Notes: generated by a model from the sequence alone, not told the origin. A DNA stretch of 64,000 nucleotides from a virus (IMGVR_UViG_3300032312_002284:1-64000), one strand, 5' to 3'. Numbered from the stretch's first letter, positions 49,311 to 58,898 are shown. Numbers and translations are program-made.

Positions 49311-51638
49311 ATGATTAAAGATTTGGATTTTGATAAGTTGGAGAACCCATATGTACAAGTCGTATGGGAGGACGCTCCTGAAAACTTCACACAAGAAAAG
49401 TTAAAGAATGTAAAACATTACTTTCAAAAGAAGTATAACACAACCAGTGTAAATGTTATTACAAAACTTAAAAAAAGTGAAGAAGTTCAGGATAATGTTG
49501 ATGTATCATTCAATATTATGGATGAGAACTTCCAACATGAACTTATGAAATCCATTCTTGAATCTAAAGGACAAGTAAATCTTTATGAAGATATTCTAAA
49601 GATTGACTCAGCGGTTAACAACAAAATGATTGCTGAGCAAGAAGAGGTTGGGACATTTAAGAAGTGGTTTATTAAGAAAATTGAGTTTTCAAATTTTTTA
49701 TCTTACGGTGAAAATCAAACCCTTAACTTTGAAAAGTTAGGGGGTATCACTGTAATTGAATCGGACCCACCTAACTTTGGAGGTAAAACTGTTCTATCAG
49801 TTGATTTATTGTTATTCTTATTCTTTAATACAACAACCAAGACAAACAAGGCTGAGGAAGTATTCAATAGGTACTCAGATAAAGATAAAGTATCTGTTCG
49901 TGGTGAGATTGTAATTGATGGTGAGGATTACATTATTGTTCGAGAACTTGAACGTAAAAAATCAAAGGCAGGTGAATGGAATGTTAAAACTGAATTAGAT
50001 TTTTTTAAAAAATATCCTGATGGTTCATTAGTTAAGTTTACTGGAGAACAAAGACGAGAAACTGAAAACTTTATCAAAACATCTATTGGAAGTTATGATG
50101 ATTTCTTAATGACTATCTTAACCACAGGTACTAACCTTGAAGATTTACTTGAGGCTAAACCAACGGCAAGAGGACAAGTTTTGTCAAGATTTTTAGGATT
50201 GGATTTCTTAAAAAGAAAAGAAGAAACAGGTAAAGAAATTTATTCGGTTTTTTCTAAGTCTATGATTTCAAATATCTACAACACTGAATCATTAAAAACT
50301 CAGAATGAGGAGTTAGTCATTACCAATGAGACTATTAAAAATACAATTAAGGAAAACCAAACTAAGATTGTTGATGTTAATGTACGTATTGATAAAGGTC
50401 AGGAGTATCGTGATAATTTATTAAAATCAAAAGTTGTTGTTGAAAAAGAACTTACTCTAATGAACCCTGACCAAACTCAAAAAGAGATTAATGGGTTTGA
50501 AAATCAGATTAAACAAAACATTTCATTGAGAGATTCAATTAAGATTGTTGAACCTTCAGAGTTTTATACTGAAAATGAACACGACAAGATTAAAGAAGAA
50601 TACCAAAAGGCTTACAAGCAAAAAGTTGAGGTTGATACAAACATTTCAGGAATTGAAAAGTTAAAAAGTTCTGTGAGTGGTGGAATCAAATGTGAACACT
50701 GTGGTATTGAATTAATGAACGCGGCAATCACACAATCCAGAATTGCTGAACTTGATGGTTATATCAAGCATAAAACCGAAATACAGGGGTTAATACAGGA
50801 ATTATCCGACAAAGAACAGGGGTTTGTTAAACTTAAAAAAGACTTTGATGAATACGAAAAAAACAAATTGGTCTATGAAAAATACCAAGCAACGATTGAA
50901 ACTATCCAAATTAAAAGAGATACTTTGGAATCAAAACTTAATCGATACGGAGAGATGCAAGATGTTATTAAGTCAAATGAGCAAATCGAGAGCCAAATCA
51001 TAAAGGCAAATTTAAGGTTGGAAGAATTGAAAAGAGAATTGGAACAGGTACAAAAAAGTATCTCCAATTCAGAGTTCCAAATTAAACAAAACGAGGAGAA
51101 AATTGATGGTAATTTAAAAACAATTGTTAAAATTGCCGAGGAACAAGAAAAAGAAATGAAATATAAGTTATACTTGGAATTGTTTGGTAAGAATGGTATC
51201 GCTAAGAGAATTATGAAGAGTATGATGCCACTTATCAATTCAGAGTTACAAAGATTACTTCAGGACTCTTGTTACTTCAGATTAGAAATCCGTATCAGTG
51301 AAAAGAATGAAGTTGAGTTTTGGATGATTGACAACAATACTCAAGTTGAAAAACTTATGACGACAGGTTCAGGATATGAAAAAACAATTGCTTCACTTGC
51401 TTTAAGAGCGGTTCTTGCCAAAGTATGTTCATTACCAAAACCGAACATTACAGTATTTGACGAGGTGTTTGGTAAGATTTCTAATGACAACCTTGAGATG
51501 GTTTATGAGTTCTTTATTAAGATTAAAGAATACTTTGAAAACATCTTGGTGATTACACACAACCCAATGATTTCAAATTGGGCGGATAATATAATCAAAA
51601 TTTCAAAAACAGATAATATCTCCAAAGTTTCACAATAA
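49311..51638 (+). CDS. Rad50/SbcC/T4 gp46-like ATPase with an N-terminal extension
   Basis: IKKIEFSNFLSYG; variant Walker A PPNFGGKT; CEHC zinc hook; variant signature GSGYE; Walker B VFDEVFG; H-loop ITH; start moved to the ATG at 49311. Confidence 0.9.
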   Translation: MIKDLDFDKLENPYVQVVWEDAPENFTQEKLKNVKHYFQKKYNTTSVNVITKLKKSEEVQDNVDVSFNIMDENFQHELMKSILESKGQVNLYEDILKIDSAVNNKMIAEQEEVGTFKKWFIKKIEFSNFLSYGENQTLNFEKLGGITVIESDPPNFGGKTVLSVDLLLFLFFNTTTKTNKAEEVFNRYSDKDKVSVRGEIVIDGEDYIIVRELERKKSKAGEWNVKTELDFFKKYPDGSLVKFTGEQRRETENFIKTSIGSYDDFLMTILTTGTNLEDLLEAKPTARGQVLSRFLGLDFLKRKEETGKEIYSVFSKSMISNIYNTESLKTQNEELVITNETIKNTIKENQTKIVDVNVRIDKGQEYRDNLLKSKVVVEKELTLMNPDQTQKEINGFENQIKQNISLRDSIKIVEPSEFYTENEHDKIKEEYQKAYKQKVEVDTNISGIEKLKSSVSGGIKCEHCGIELMNAAITQSRIAELDGYIKHKTEIQGLIQELSDKEQGFVKLKKDFDEYEKNKLVYEKYQATIETIQIKRDTLESKLNRYGEMQDVIKSNEQIESQIIKANLRLEELKRELEQVQKSISNSEFQIKQNEEKIDGNLKTIVKIAEEQEKEMKYKLYLELFGKNGIAKRIMKSMMPLINSELQRLLQDSCYFRLEIRISEKNEVEFWMIDNNTQVEKLMTTGSGYEKTIASLALRAVLAKVCSLPKPNITVFDEVFGKISNDNLEMVYEFFIKIKEYFENILVITHNPMISNWADNIIKISKTDNISKVSQ

Positions 51639-51641
51639 TTC

Positions 51642-51674
51642 TTTGGGGATATTGTTTTTTTCATCGTATATTTG
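51642..51674 (+). promoter_or_regulatory. Bacteroidota primary-sigma promoter (exact consensus)
   Basis: TTTG (51642-45), N21, TATATTTG (51667-74). Confidence 0.75.
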
Positions 51675-51687
51675 TAGAAATAAAATT

Positions 51688-52209
51688 ATGGAATATATAC
51701 TTTTTGCTTTTGGGGATTACAAGGAAACTGAACCTCACATTAAATTAATAATTGATTGTGTTTCACAAATATCTAAAAAAGACGTAAGGTATCAATACGG
51801 AGATGCGGGAATAATAGTTAACTTTGAAACATCATTGGATACTGATGGAATCAGTAAATTTTTTGAAGAATCAATAACTAAATTGACCGCAATGTTTTTT
51901 GTTTTTCCTGTAAACGATAATATGATTCTTTCTATGGATGAAGATATTCATAGTCATTTATTTGGTGAAACTGACAAAAAGTCAGAAAGTCATGTTAAAA
52001 ATTTTACAATCGATATGACTGACATACCTAAGTTTGGTGATAGTGATATGACTGATTCTATGGAAAAACTTTTTAGTATATTATTTAAACCACAAACAAT
52101 ACCTAACGAAGTACTTACTTTGGACCAATTATTGGACAAGATAAATGAGTCAGGTATTGACTCACTAACTGAAAACGAAATCAAATTATTAAATGAATAC
52201 TCAAAATAA
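51688..52209 (+). CDS. Hypothetical protein with a C-terminal DUF6576-like motif
   Basis: LDQLLDKINESGIDSLTENEIKLL resembles the D.ILDKI..sG..SLT..E motif; start moved to the ATG at 51688. Confidence 0.6.
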   Translation: MEYILFAFGDYKETEPHIKLIIDCVSQISKKDVRYQYGDAGIIVNFETSLDTDGISKFFEESITKLTAMFFVFPVNDNMILSMDEDIHSHLFGETDKKSESHVKNFTIDMTDIPKFGDSDMTDSMEKLFSILFKPQTIPNEVLTLDQLLDKINESGIDSLTENEIKLLNEYSK

Positions 52210-52216
52210 ATTAAAT

Positions 52217-53017
52217 ATGATAAATAAACAATCTGTAATTCCAATTAATCAGGATGAAGTTAGTTACTACTTAAAAGACATCAGAAAAATTAAAGTAATG
52301 ACTCCTGAAAGAGAGAGAGAGTTATCTAAATTAATGCAATCTGAAAATGTTTCTGAAAAACAAAAAGAGTCAATTAAGAAAGAAATTTTAGAAGGAAATT
52401 TACGTTTTGTCATTACAGTTGCAAAACAATATCAAAACCAAGGGGTTGATTTTCCTGACTTGGTTGCTGAGGGTAATATTGGATTGATGAAAGCTTTAAA
52501 TAACTTTGATTGGTCTAAAAATTTAAGATTTATTTCTTACGCGGTTTGGTGGGTTAGACAATCAATTTTACAGTCTTTAAATGAGCATTCGAGAACTATT
52601 CGTATACCTGTAAACGTTGTTCAAGACTTGCACAAAGAAAAGAAAAGAGTTGAAAAAACAGATGGTAGAATGGAAGATAGGTTTGCGAACTTACCATATA
52701 CGATTAACTTAGAAACTCAAATTAATGAAGAAGGTGACACCTTAATTGATTTAATTGAAAATAAAAATTCTATGAGACCTGATGAAGTATTTAATACTTC
52801 ACAACAATTAAAAGATGGTTTGATAAACATATTAAACATCTTAGATGAGAGAGAAAAACAGATTGTTGAGGATTATTACGGGATTTCAGGTACCCCTAGA
52901 ACATTAGAGGATATTGGTTCAGATTTTAATTTAACTAAAGAAAGAGTTAGACAGATTAAAGAAAAAGCTCTACGTAAGTTACGTAATGAAAGTTCATCGT
53001 TGTTCGATTATATCTGA
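52217..53017 (+). CDS. RNA polymerase sigma-70 factor, RpoD-like, lacking region 1.1
   Basis: YLKDIRK; GNLRFVITVAKQYQNQG...DLVAEGNIGL...RFISYAVWWVRQSI; region 4 LDERE...RTLEDIG..FNLTKERVRQIKEKALRKLR. Confidence 0.92.
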   Translation: MINKQSVIPINQDEVSYYLKDIRKIKVMTPERERELSKLMQSENVSEKQKESIKKEILEGNLRFVITVAKQYQNQGVDFPDLVAEGNIGLMKALNNFDWSKNLRFISYAVWWVRQSILQSLNEHSRTIRIPVNVVQDLHKEKKRVEKTDGRMEDRFANLPYTINLETQINEEGDTLIDLIENKNSMRPDEVFNTSQQLKDGLINILNILDEREKQIVEDYYGISGTPRTLEDIGSDFNLTKERVRQIKEKALRKLRNESSSLFDYI

Positions 53018-53066
53018 TGAAGTATTTATTGTTTATTATTTATATTTAAATTTAAAAAAAAAAGTT

Positions 53067-53345
53067 ATGGACAAAATTAAAAATTATCTTCCGATTGCGA
53101 CTTTTGTTTTAGTATTCTTTATTTTCATTAAAGGATGTGGAACAGGAAGTCAAGTTAAAACAACACAAAAAGATGTTCAAGTTTTAAAAACTAAAGTAGA
53201 CTCGTTATCAAATATTTTGATAACACAAGATGAGATGGTTAAGTTAATTAAAGAGACTCCAAATTGGAAAACTTTAGAAATTGAAGAACTATCTGACAAA
53301 AACCATATGCCAATAAATCATTATAAGAATGAGTTAGAAAAATGA
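53067..53345 (+). CDS. Lipoprotein (possible spanin or lysis accessory)
   Basis: MDKIKNYLPIATFVLVFFIFIKG-C signal peptide with lipobox, then a short coiled coil; TATTTAT at 53023-53029. Confidence 0.55.
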   Translation: MDKIKNYLPIATFVLVFFIFIKGCGTGSQVKTTQKDVQVLKTKVDSLSNILITQDEMVKLIKETPNWKTLEIEELSDKNHMPINHYKNELEK

Positions 53346-54208
53346 AAAATTGGTTAACTAAAAATCTAAAAAACATTATCGTAACTGCTTTTGTTGTACC
53401 GATTTTACTTGTTGCCTTTGTTTCTATTTCCCACGTAACTTCTTTTTATGGGTTATCGAATCCATTTACTTGGGCAATTTATTTGTCTGTTGGTATCGAA
53501 ATTGCTGCGTTATCTGCACTTGCTGCAGTGTCTGTTAATATGGGTAGGTTTGTTTACCTACCTTTTTTCATTGTAACTCTAATCCAAATGTTGGGTAATA
53601 TATTTTTCTCATTCACTTACATTGATGAGACGGGTCAATCATTTAAAGATTGGATTGATATGACTGGAGGTTTGTTTGAGACTATGGGGGTTGAAAGGAA
53701 TGATTTAAATTCACATAAAACAATTTTATCTTTTTTAACTGGAGGATTATTACCAATCATATCTTTAACTTTTGCTCATATGTTGGTTAAATTTAGTGAG
53801 AAAAATCAGTCAGTAGTTGAAGAAACTAATGATAAAGTAGAGATAACAACTGAGGATGCTCGTAAGATAATGGAGGAAAAAATTAAACAGGAAGAAGAAA
53901 TAAGATATAAACCAACAGAAGAGGACTTACAAAAATTAGAAAAGGTTATTAATGTTATTCAACACGAACCTGAAGAAGTACCCACAGAACCTATTAGACC
54001 ATCTGAAGAGGATTTAGATAAGTTACAAGATTTATTGAACCAAAAATATATGGGACATATTGAAAATTCTACAGATACTGAAGATACCGAAACAATTTTG
54101 AATCAAGATGTAAATCAAGATATTACTTTGGATGAAAATACAATAAACGATTCATTGAATCAACCAAGGTCATTGAGATATGTCAATCAAAGAATTTACG
54201 GTAGATAA
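53342..54208 (+). CDS. Multi-pass membrane protein with an acidic tail (possible holin-like)
   Basis: About 4 hydrophobic helices; ATGA overlap; lies next to an amidase-like gene. Confidence 0.55.
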   Translation: MKNWLTKNLKNIIVTAFVVPILLVAFVSISHVTSFYGLSNPFTWAIYLSVGIEIAALSALAAVSVNMGRFVYLPFFIVTLIQMLGNIFFSFTYIDETGQSFKDWIDMTGGLFETMGVERNDLNSHKTILSFLTGGLLPIISLTFAHMLVKFSEKNQSVVEETNDKVEITTEDARKIMEEKIKQEEEIRYKPTEEDLQKLEKVINVIQHEPEEVPTEPIRPSEEDLDKLQDLLNQKYMGHIENSTDTEDTETILNQDVNQDITLDENTINDSLNQPRSLRYVNQRIYGR

Positions 54209-54797
54209 GTATGGTACTTTCAAATCTGTAGGTACCCACGATAAAAAGAACATAATACTCTGTTCAACTAACCGAGATGTTACAAATTATTTAATTAGTT
54301 TAAAATATCGGTATTTAAAAGAGTATTCTAAAATTCCTCACTATATAATTACTAAAACCGGCACAGTGTTACAACTATTGAATAACACTGATGTCGGTTA
54401 TTTTTTTCAAAATACTGATATTGATAACGAGAGTATTGTTATCTGTTTAGAAAATTTAGGATGGTTTGAAAAAGAAGTTCAAAATAATGGGTTCAAAGAC
54501 TGCTTTGGTAATATTTATAAAGAAGTAGAAGTTTTTGAAAAAAAATGGAGAGATAAGATTTATTGGGATGTTTTTACTGAACAACAAAAGAATGTAATTT
54601 ACCCATTATTGGAAAAAATTTGTACTGAAAATAACATAAAAAAAAGATTTATTGGACATAATACAAAGGTAAAGGGGTTCAATAAGTTTGAAGGTGTTCT
54701 GATACGAAGTAATATTAGTCAGAGATACTTGGACTTAAACCCGTCTTTTGATTGTGAATACTTGACAAAAAAATTTGATAATGATGAATTCATATAA
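54180..54797 (+). CDS. N-acetylmuramoyl-L-alanine amidase (Amidase_2)-like protein, degenerate motifs
   Basis: IILCST...PHYIITKTG...SIVICLEN...GHN...DLNP; first Zn-binding His appears replaced by Cys. Confidence 0.6.
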   Translation: MSIKEFTVDKYGTFKSVGTHDKKNIILCSTNRDVTNYLISLKYRYLKEYSKIPHYIITKTGTVLQLLNNTDVGYFFQNTDIDNESIVICLENLGWFEKEVQNNGFKDCFGNIYKEVEVFEKKWRDKIYWDVFTEQQKNVIYPLLEKICTENNIKKRFIGHNTKVKGFNKFEGVLIRSNISQRYLDLNPSFDCEYLTKKFDNDEFI

Positions 54798-55386
54798 TGA
54801 CATTAAAGACCATTTAGCTAAAGTAAGATTGGCTCTTAGCTCTAATCAAAAAAACATTAAAGAAAATGAGGACATTAAAAATCTTTATCTCATTAATGAA
54901 GATTTTGAAGCGACTGGAAATATCACTAAAAAATATGATTTGGCAAAAACTATTGAGGATGAAATTGACGTAGATGTTGATAGAGAAATTCCAAAAGATG
55001 AGTATGACCAAGCTTATAGAATATCTGGAGGGGTACTAATCATTCACGGAAATAAAAAGTCTGATACCGAACTTACTAGTGAAGAAAAAACAGTTTTTCA
55101 AGAAACAATGGATGAATTTGTAAGTGAAGTTTCCGATTTAACAAATTTTGGTCCATTACAAATATATTCAAATAATGTTGAGTGGACAGGTAAAATTGTT
55201 GATTTTGATATGACATTTAAATTTAGAATAGGTGAAAGTAACGGATTGTATATTACAGGTGACACATTACAGGTTGATGATAACTTTTTAAATACAATCA
55301 CAAAATTACAAAATTATTACGAGAAATTTAAATCTAAGTGGGCTAAAGTGATGGCATCAAGAAAAAAGACAAGTGTAAAAAAGTAA
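54775..55386 (+). CDS. Hypothetical protein
   Basis: 203-aa acidic ORF in the operon. Confidence 0.6.
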   Translation: MIMMNSYNDIKDHLAKVRLALSSNQKNIKENEDIKNLYLINEDFEATGNITKKYDLAKTIEDEIDVDVDREIPKDEYDQAYRISGGVLIIHGNKKSDTELTSEEKTVFQETMDEFVSEVSDLTNFGPLQIYSNNVEWTGKIVDFDMTFKFRIGESNGLYITGDTLQVDDNFLNTITKLQNYYEKFKSKWAKVMASRKKTSVKK

Positions 55387-55392
55387 CTAATT

Positions 55393-55638
55393 ATGGCTCT
55401 ATCTCAAAGTGAAAAAAAAGAAATTGAAACTCTTGTAAAAAAAGAGATTAAAGACTTTTTAAATTCAAACACTCTTAGGCAGTTTGAAGATAAAATGTTA
55501 GATATGGTCGCTAAAGATTTAAAAAGAGGAAAACTAGAATCTGAGACCAAAGAAATTGTAATAAAAATGTTCAAAGAGTTTTACCAATTGATGTGGACAC
55601 AAAGGTCAATGTGGGAACCAAGATTAAGAAGTGCTTAA
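55393..55638 (+). CDS. Hypothetical protein
   Basis: 81-aa helical ORF. Confidence 0.6.
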   Translation: MALSQSEKKEIETLVKKEIKDFLNSNTLRQFEDKMLDMVAKDLKRGKLESETKEIVIKMFKEFYQLMWTQRSMWEPRLRSA

Positions 55639-55642
55639 AAAA

Positions 55643-56506
55643 ATGGAAAACAAAATCTCAAGTAATTTTAAAAGTGAGTTAATCAAACAATTTGCTGCGG
55701 CTTCTGCCCAAAATCCAGATATGAACTCAATTGACGGTGTTAAAACTAAATCTGAATTCATCAGTTCAATAAAAGAGAAGAAAGGTGAAACTAATGAAAA
55801 ATGGTCTGAAAAGTACAAAAAAAGCATAGACTGTAATAACCCAAAAGGTTTTAGTCAAAGAGCTCATTGTCAGGGTAAAAAAAAGAAAATTGAAAATAAA
55901 GAAGCCACTTCGGCAGGTGGAGCAGGTGGATTTGAAACTCCATTATTTGGTAAAATAAAAGAAAATATTACTGAAGCGGAAAGGACCATCATGGCTAAAT
56001 TAAGAGACTTGGCTAAAAAGTACGCTAAAGAAAAAAATGAGTCACCATCAAAAGAACAAATAGAAAAAATTTATCAAGATTTAAAAAAACAATTTAACAA
56101 AGGTGTTAGTGTTGAAAAAGAACATAAATCTGCGGACCCTAAACTTATTACTTTAGACCACTTATCTGAGGACCCAAAGTATTATGATAAGTTAGAAAAG
56201 GTTGAAGCTAAGGAAGCGACGGGGTCAGGTTCAGCAGGTTCATACGAATCCCCATCATTTTTGGCGAAATCTATGAGTCCAAAAAAATGGAGAGGTAAAA
56301 GTAAGACACAGATTCCTGGAGGTAAATTTGTTGAGGTTAAAAAAAAATGTAAGAAGTTTCCTTACTGTAACCAAGGAGATATTAATGCGCTTACTTTAAC
56401 TGAAAATAGTACAATAAAAAATATTATTAAAAAATTGGCAAAAGAATTTGGAGTTAATGAGTCAATTATAAAAAAAATTATAATTAGAGAATACTCTAAA
56501 AACTAA
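55643..56506 (+). CDS. Probable internal head protein with a DUF5661-like segment
   Basis: GVSVEKEH...ITLDHLSEDPKYYDKL (DUF5661-like); KSIDCNNPKGFSQRAHC motif; two KEAT..G.AG..E.P.F motifs. Confidence 0.55.
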   Translation: MENKISSNFKSELIKQFAAASAQNPDMNSIDGVKTKSEFISSIKEKKGETNEKWSEKYKKSIDCNNPKGFSQRAHCQGKKKKIENKEATSAGGAGGFETPLFGKIKENITEAERTIMAKLRDLAKKYAKEKNESPSKEQIEKIYQDLKKQFNKGVSVEKEHKSADPKLITLDHLSEDPKYYDKLEKVEAKEATGSGSAGSYESPSFLAKSMSPKKWRGKSKTQIPGGKFVEVKKKCKKFPYCNQGDINALTLTENSTIKNIIKKLAKEFGVNESIIKKIIIREYSKN

Positions 56507-56535
56507 AAAGACAATTATTGTTGTATTTATATAGT

Positions 56536-58155
56536 ATGAACAAAAAAACTATCACAGATAAAATTTTGAATGAGTCAATTAATGACAAAATTAATGAATT
56601 GACATCAAGACTTGAGGAAAAAATTAATATTTTGGAAGTTGATGCATATGATTTAGAATATGAACAAACATATGATTTTGATAGTGTTAACGGAAAACCA
56701 AAAAGAGTAATTTTCAAAGGTAGGGGTAGAAAAGGTAGGAGTGATTCTGAAACTCAAACTTATCATTTTGAGGATGAAAAAGGTAATGATATAATGTTAT
56801 CAAAAAAAGGAGTGTTGAATAAAATTAAAAATGTAGATAAAGAAATGAAAAAAGAAAATGAAGAGTTTACCGAGGGTAACGCTTTCACAAAAAAATTGAA
56901 AGATACCAAAAAAGGTGGTGAATTTAAAATTGGAAATAAAACTTATATTGACAAATCAGAATTAGAAGAAAAACTATATGGTGGTCAAAAAAAGTTAGAT
57001 AAAAATAATAACAATAAGATTGATTCTGAAGATTTTAAAATGTTAAGAAAACATAATAAATCTGAAATTGAAGAGTTGGGTGGTATGGATGACGTACACC
57101 CAAGATTTGGAAAGAGAAATTTTGGAAAAATGAGTTATGATGAGATAATGGGTCTTTTAACTCAAAAATTGGAAGATGATGAAGATGAAAGTGGGACCAA
57201 AAACTATGATACAAATCGTTTGGAAGAGGCTAAAAAATTTATTCAGAAAGCAGTAAATAAAATGGAGAAGAAAGGTACCTCAGGTAAGTTTGCTTCTTGG
57301 TGTAAGAAGAATGACTTAGCATCTGAGGATGGTGAAGTTACTCAAAAATGTATAAATAAGGCAATGAAATCGGATGATTCCAAAGTTGTTAAAATGGCAA
57401 ACTTTGCTAAAAATATTGGAGGGTTTAAAGGCGCAAAACATGAGTCAATTATGTATAAATTAGCATTGACTGAAAACACAACAATGGATTTAACTGAAGA
57501 TGAGTTGATTGATATGATTGAGGAATTAGTTATCGAAGCTAAGGAAAATGAAAAGTATTCAGGAAAGGCCAAAGGTATGGTTGAATATGAAAGAGTCTTT
57601 AAGTTGAATAAAAAAGAAAACTCAGACGCTATGAAGGCGGTTGAGAAAAAAATGAAAGATTATCTAAAAGACGGTTCAAAGGGGGATTATTCAATGAATC
57701 CTAAACATTTCCCAAAAGGTAATGGTGAGTTGAGTAAAATGGATAAAAAGGCTTATACCCCAAGTAAAGATGTTGAAGATTACGTTGATGATTATGCGTA
57801 CCCTGGAATGACAAATTTAAACTATGATGAAATCAAACCTAATGATGAATGGGTTGAGGCCAACATTAAAGGAAGTGCTAAAACAGGTAACTCTGATGAA
57901 TATGCAAATGCTGTTAAGACAGAAGTTGGTGAAAAGATGGTTAAAAATTATAAGAAAAATGCGTGGGGTAAACAACAAAAAAATGCGTCTTATAAGAGAC
58001 AATCACAACCTGTGGATTATGCCGGTGAGAACACACCTAAAAAAACTTCATTAGATAAGTTGAGTGAAAACTTTGAAGTTGAAAGTAATAAATTAATTAT
58101 TGAAGAATTTGAAAAAATTCAACATTTGATGAGTTACAACAAAAAGACTCAATAA
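56536..58155 (+). CDS. Highly charged probable head core/scaffold protein
   Basis: E/K-rich; many (I/L)xE sites; EF-hand-like LDKNNNNKIDSEDF; TATTTAT at 56524-56530, 5 nt before the ATG at 56536. Confidence 0.55.
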   Translation: MNKKTITDKILNESINDKINELTSRLEEKINILEVDAYDLEYEQTYDFDSVNGKPKRVIFKGRGRKGRSDSETQTYHFEDEKGNDIMLSKKGVLNKIKNVDKEMKKENEEFTEGNAFTKKLKDTKKGGEFKIGNKTYIDKSELEEKLYGGQKKLDKNNNNKIDSEDFKMLRKHNKSEIEELGGMDDVHPRFGKRNFGKMSYDEIMGLLTQKLEDDEDESGTKNYDTNRLEEAKKFIQKAVNKMEKKGTSGKFASWCKKNDLASEDGEVTQKCINKAMKSDDSKVVKMANFAKNIGGFKGAKHESIMYKLALTENTTMDLTEDELIDMIEELVIEAKENEKYSGKAKGMVEYERVFKLNKKENSDAMKAVEKKMKDYLKDGSKGDYSMNPKHFPKGNGELSKMDKKAYTPSKDVEDYVDDYAYPGMTNLNYDEIKPNDEWVEANIKGSAKTGNSDEYANAVKTEVGEKMVKNYKKNAWGKQQKNASYKRQSQPVDYAGENTPKKTSLDKLSENFEVESNKLIIEEFEKIQHLMSYNKKTQ

Positions 58156-58200
58156 TATACACGATTTATTAAATCTTATTATATTCTCCATAGTATCCCT

Positions 58201-58680
58201 ATGGAGAATTTTTTTAACTACATATCAAAACCAGTTACTGAAGACGAGTTTAGTCTTTGGTATGAATCTAATAATATAATTTTTGAAAGGCTCGAAGTCT
58301 ATCAGGATTTTGTTGTTTCATTAGTCCTTATGATTATGGATACGTACTTAGGGGACGATGGGGACGAAAACACGGAAACTAAAATTAGATTAACTAAAGA
58401 TGAAAAAGACGACCATTTTGAATGGTGTTGGAATAAAGTGGTTAATAACTTCTCAAAGGAGAATATTCTAATAGAACAAGATGGGGAACATAAGACATTT
58501 CTTAAAGACTTCATATTTGAAATTTATTATGAGCAAAAAAATAAGTACATCAAAGATTCAATGATTAAATTTTTTCAAGATGTATTTAAACTTGGAACGG
58601 TAATAACTAAATCTGACTTGGATTTAATAACAACAATTTATAAAACATTTAATCGAAGTACTAAATTTAGATTTACATAA
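58201..58680 (+). CDS. Hypothetical protein
   Basis: 159-aa ORF. Confidence 0.65.
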   Translation: MENFFNYISKPVTEDEFSLWYESNNIIFERLEVYQDFVVSLVLMIMDTYLGDDGDENTETKIRLTKDEKDDHFEWCWNKVVNNFSKENILIEQDGEHKTFLKDFIFEIYYEQKNKYIKDSMIKFFQDVFKLGTVITKSDLDLITTIYKTFNRSTKFRFT

Positions 58681-58716
58681 ATAAAAAAAATAGTATTTTT
58701 TTAAAAAAATAAACTT

Positions 58717-58896
58717 ATGGAAACAACTATTGAAAAAATCAAAGCTTTAACAGAGTCTCTTTCAGGTGATGTCACTAAATTCAATAACGGGAATAACAGT
58801 GCTGGGACTAGAGCTAGAAAAACATCACAAGAATTAAAATCATTATTACAAACTTTAAGAGGTGAAATTCTTGAAAAAAGAAAAGAAGAAAAATAA
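58717..58896 (+). CDS. Histone H1-like (Hc1 family) small protein
   Basis: Not in the track; translated by hand as METTIEKIKALTESLSGDVTKFNNGNNSAGTRARKTSQELKSLLQTLRGEILEKRKEEK; contains the GNxxAGxRARK signature. Confidence 0.85.
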   Translation: METTIEKIKALTESLSGDVTKFNNGNNSAGTRARKTSQELKSLLQTLRGEILEKRKEEK

Positions 58897-58898
58897 TA

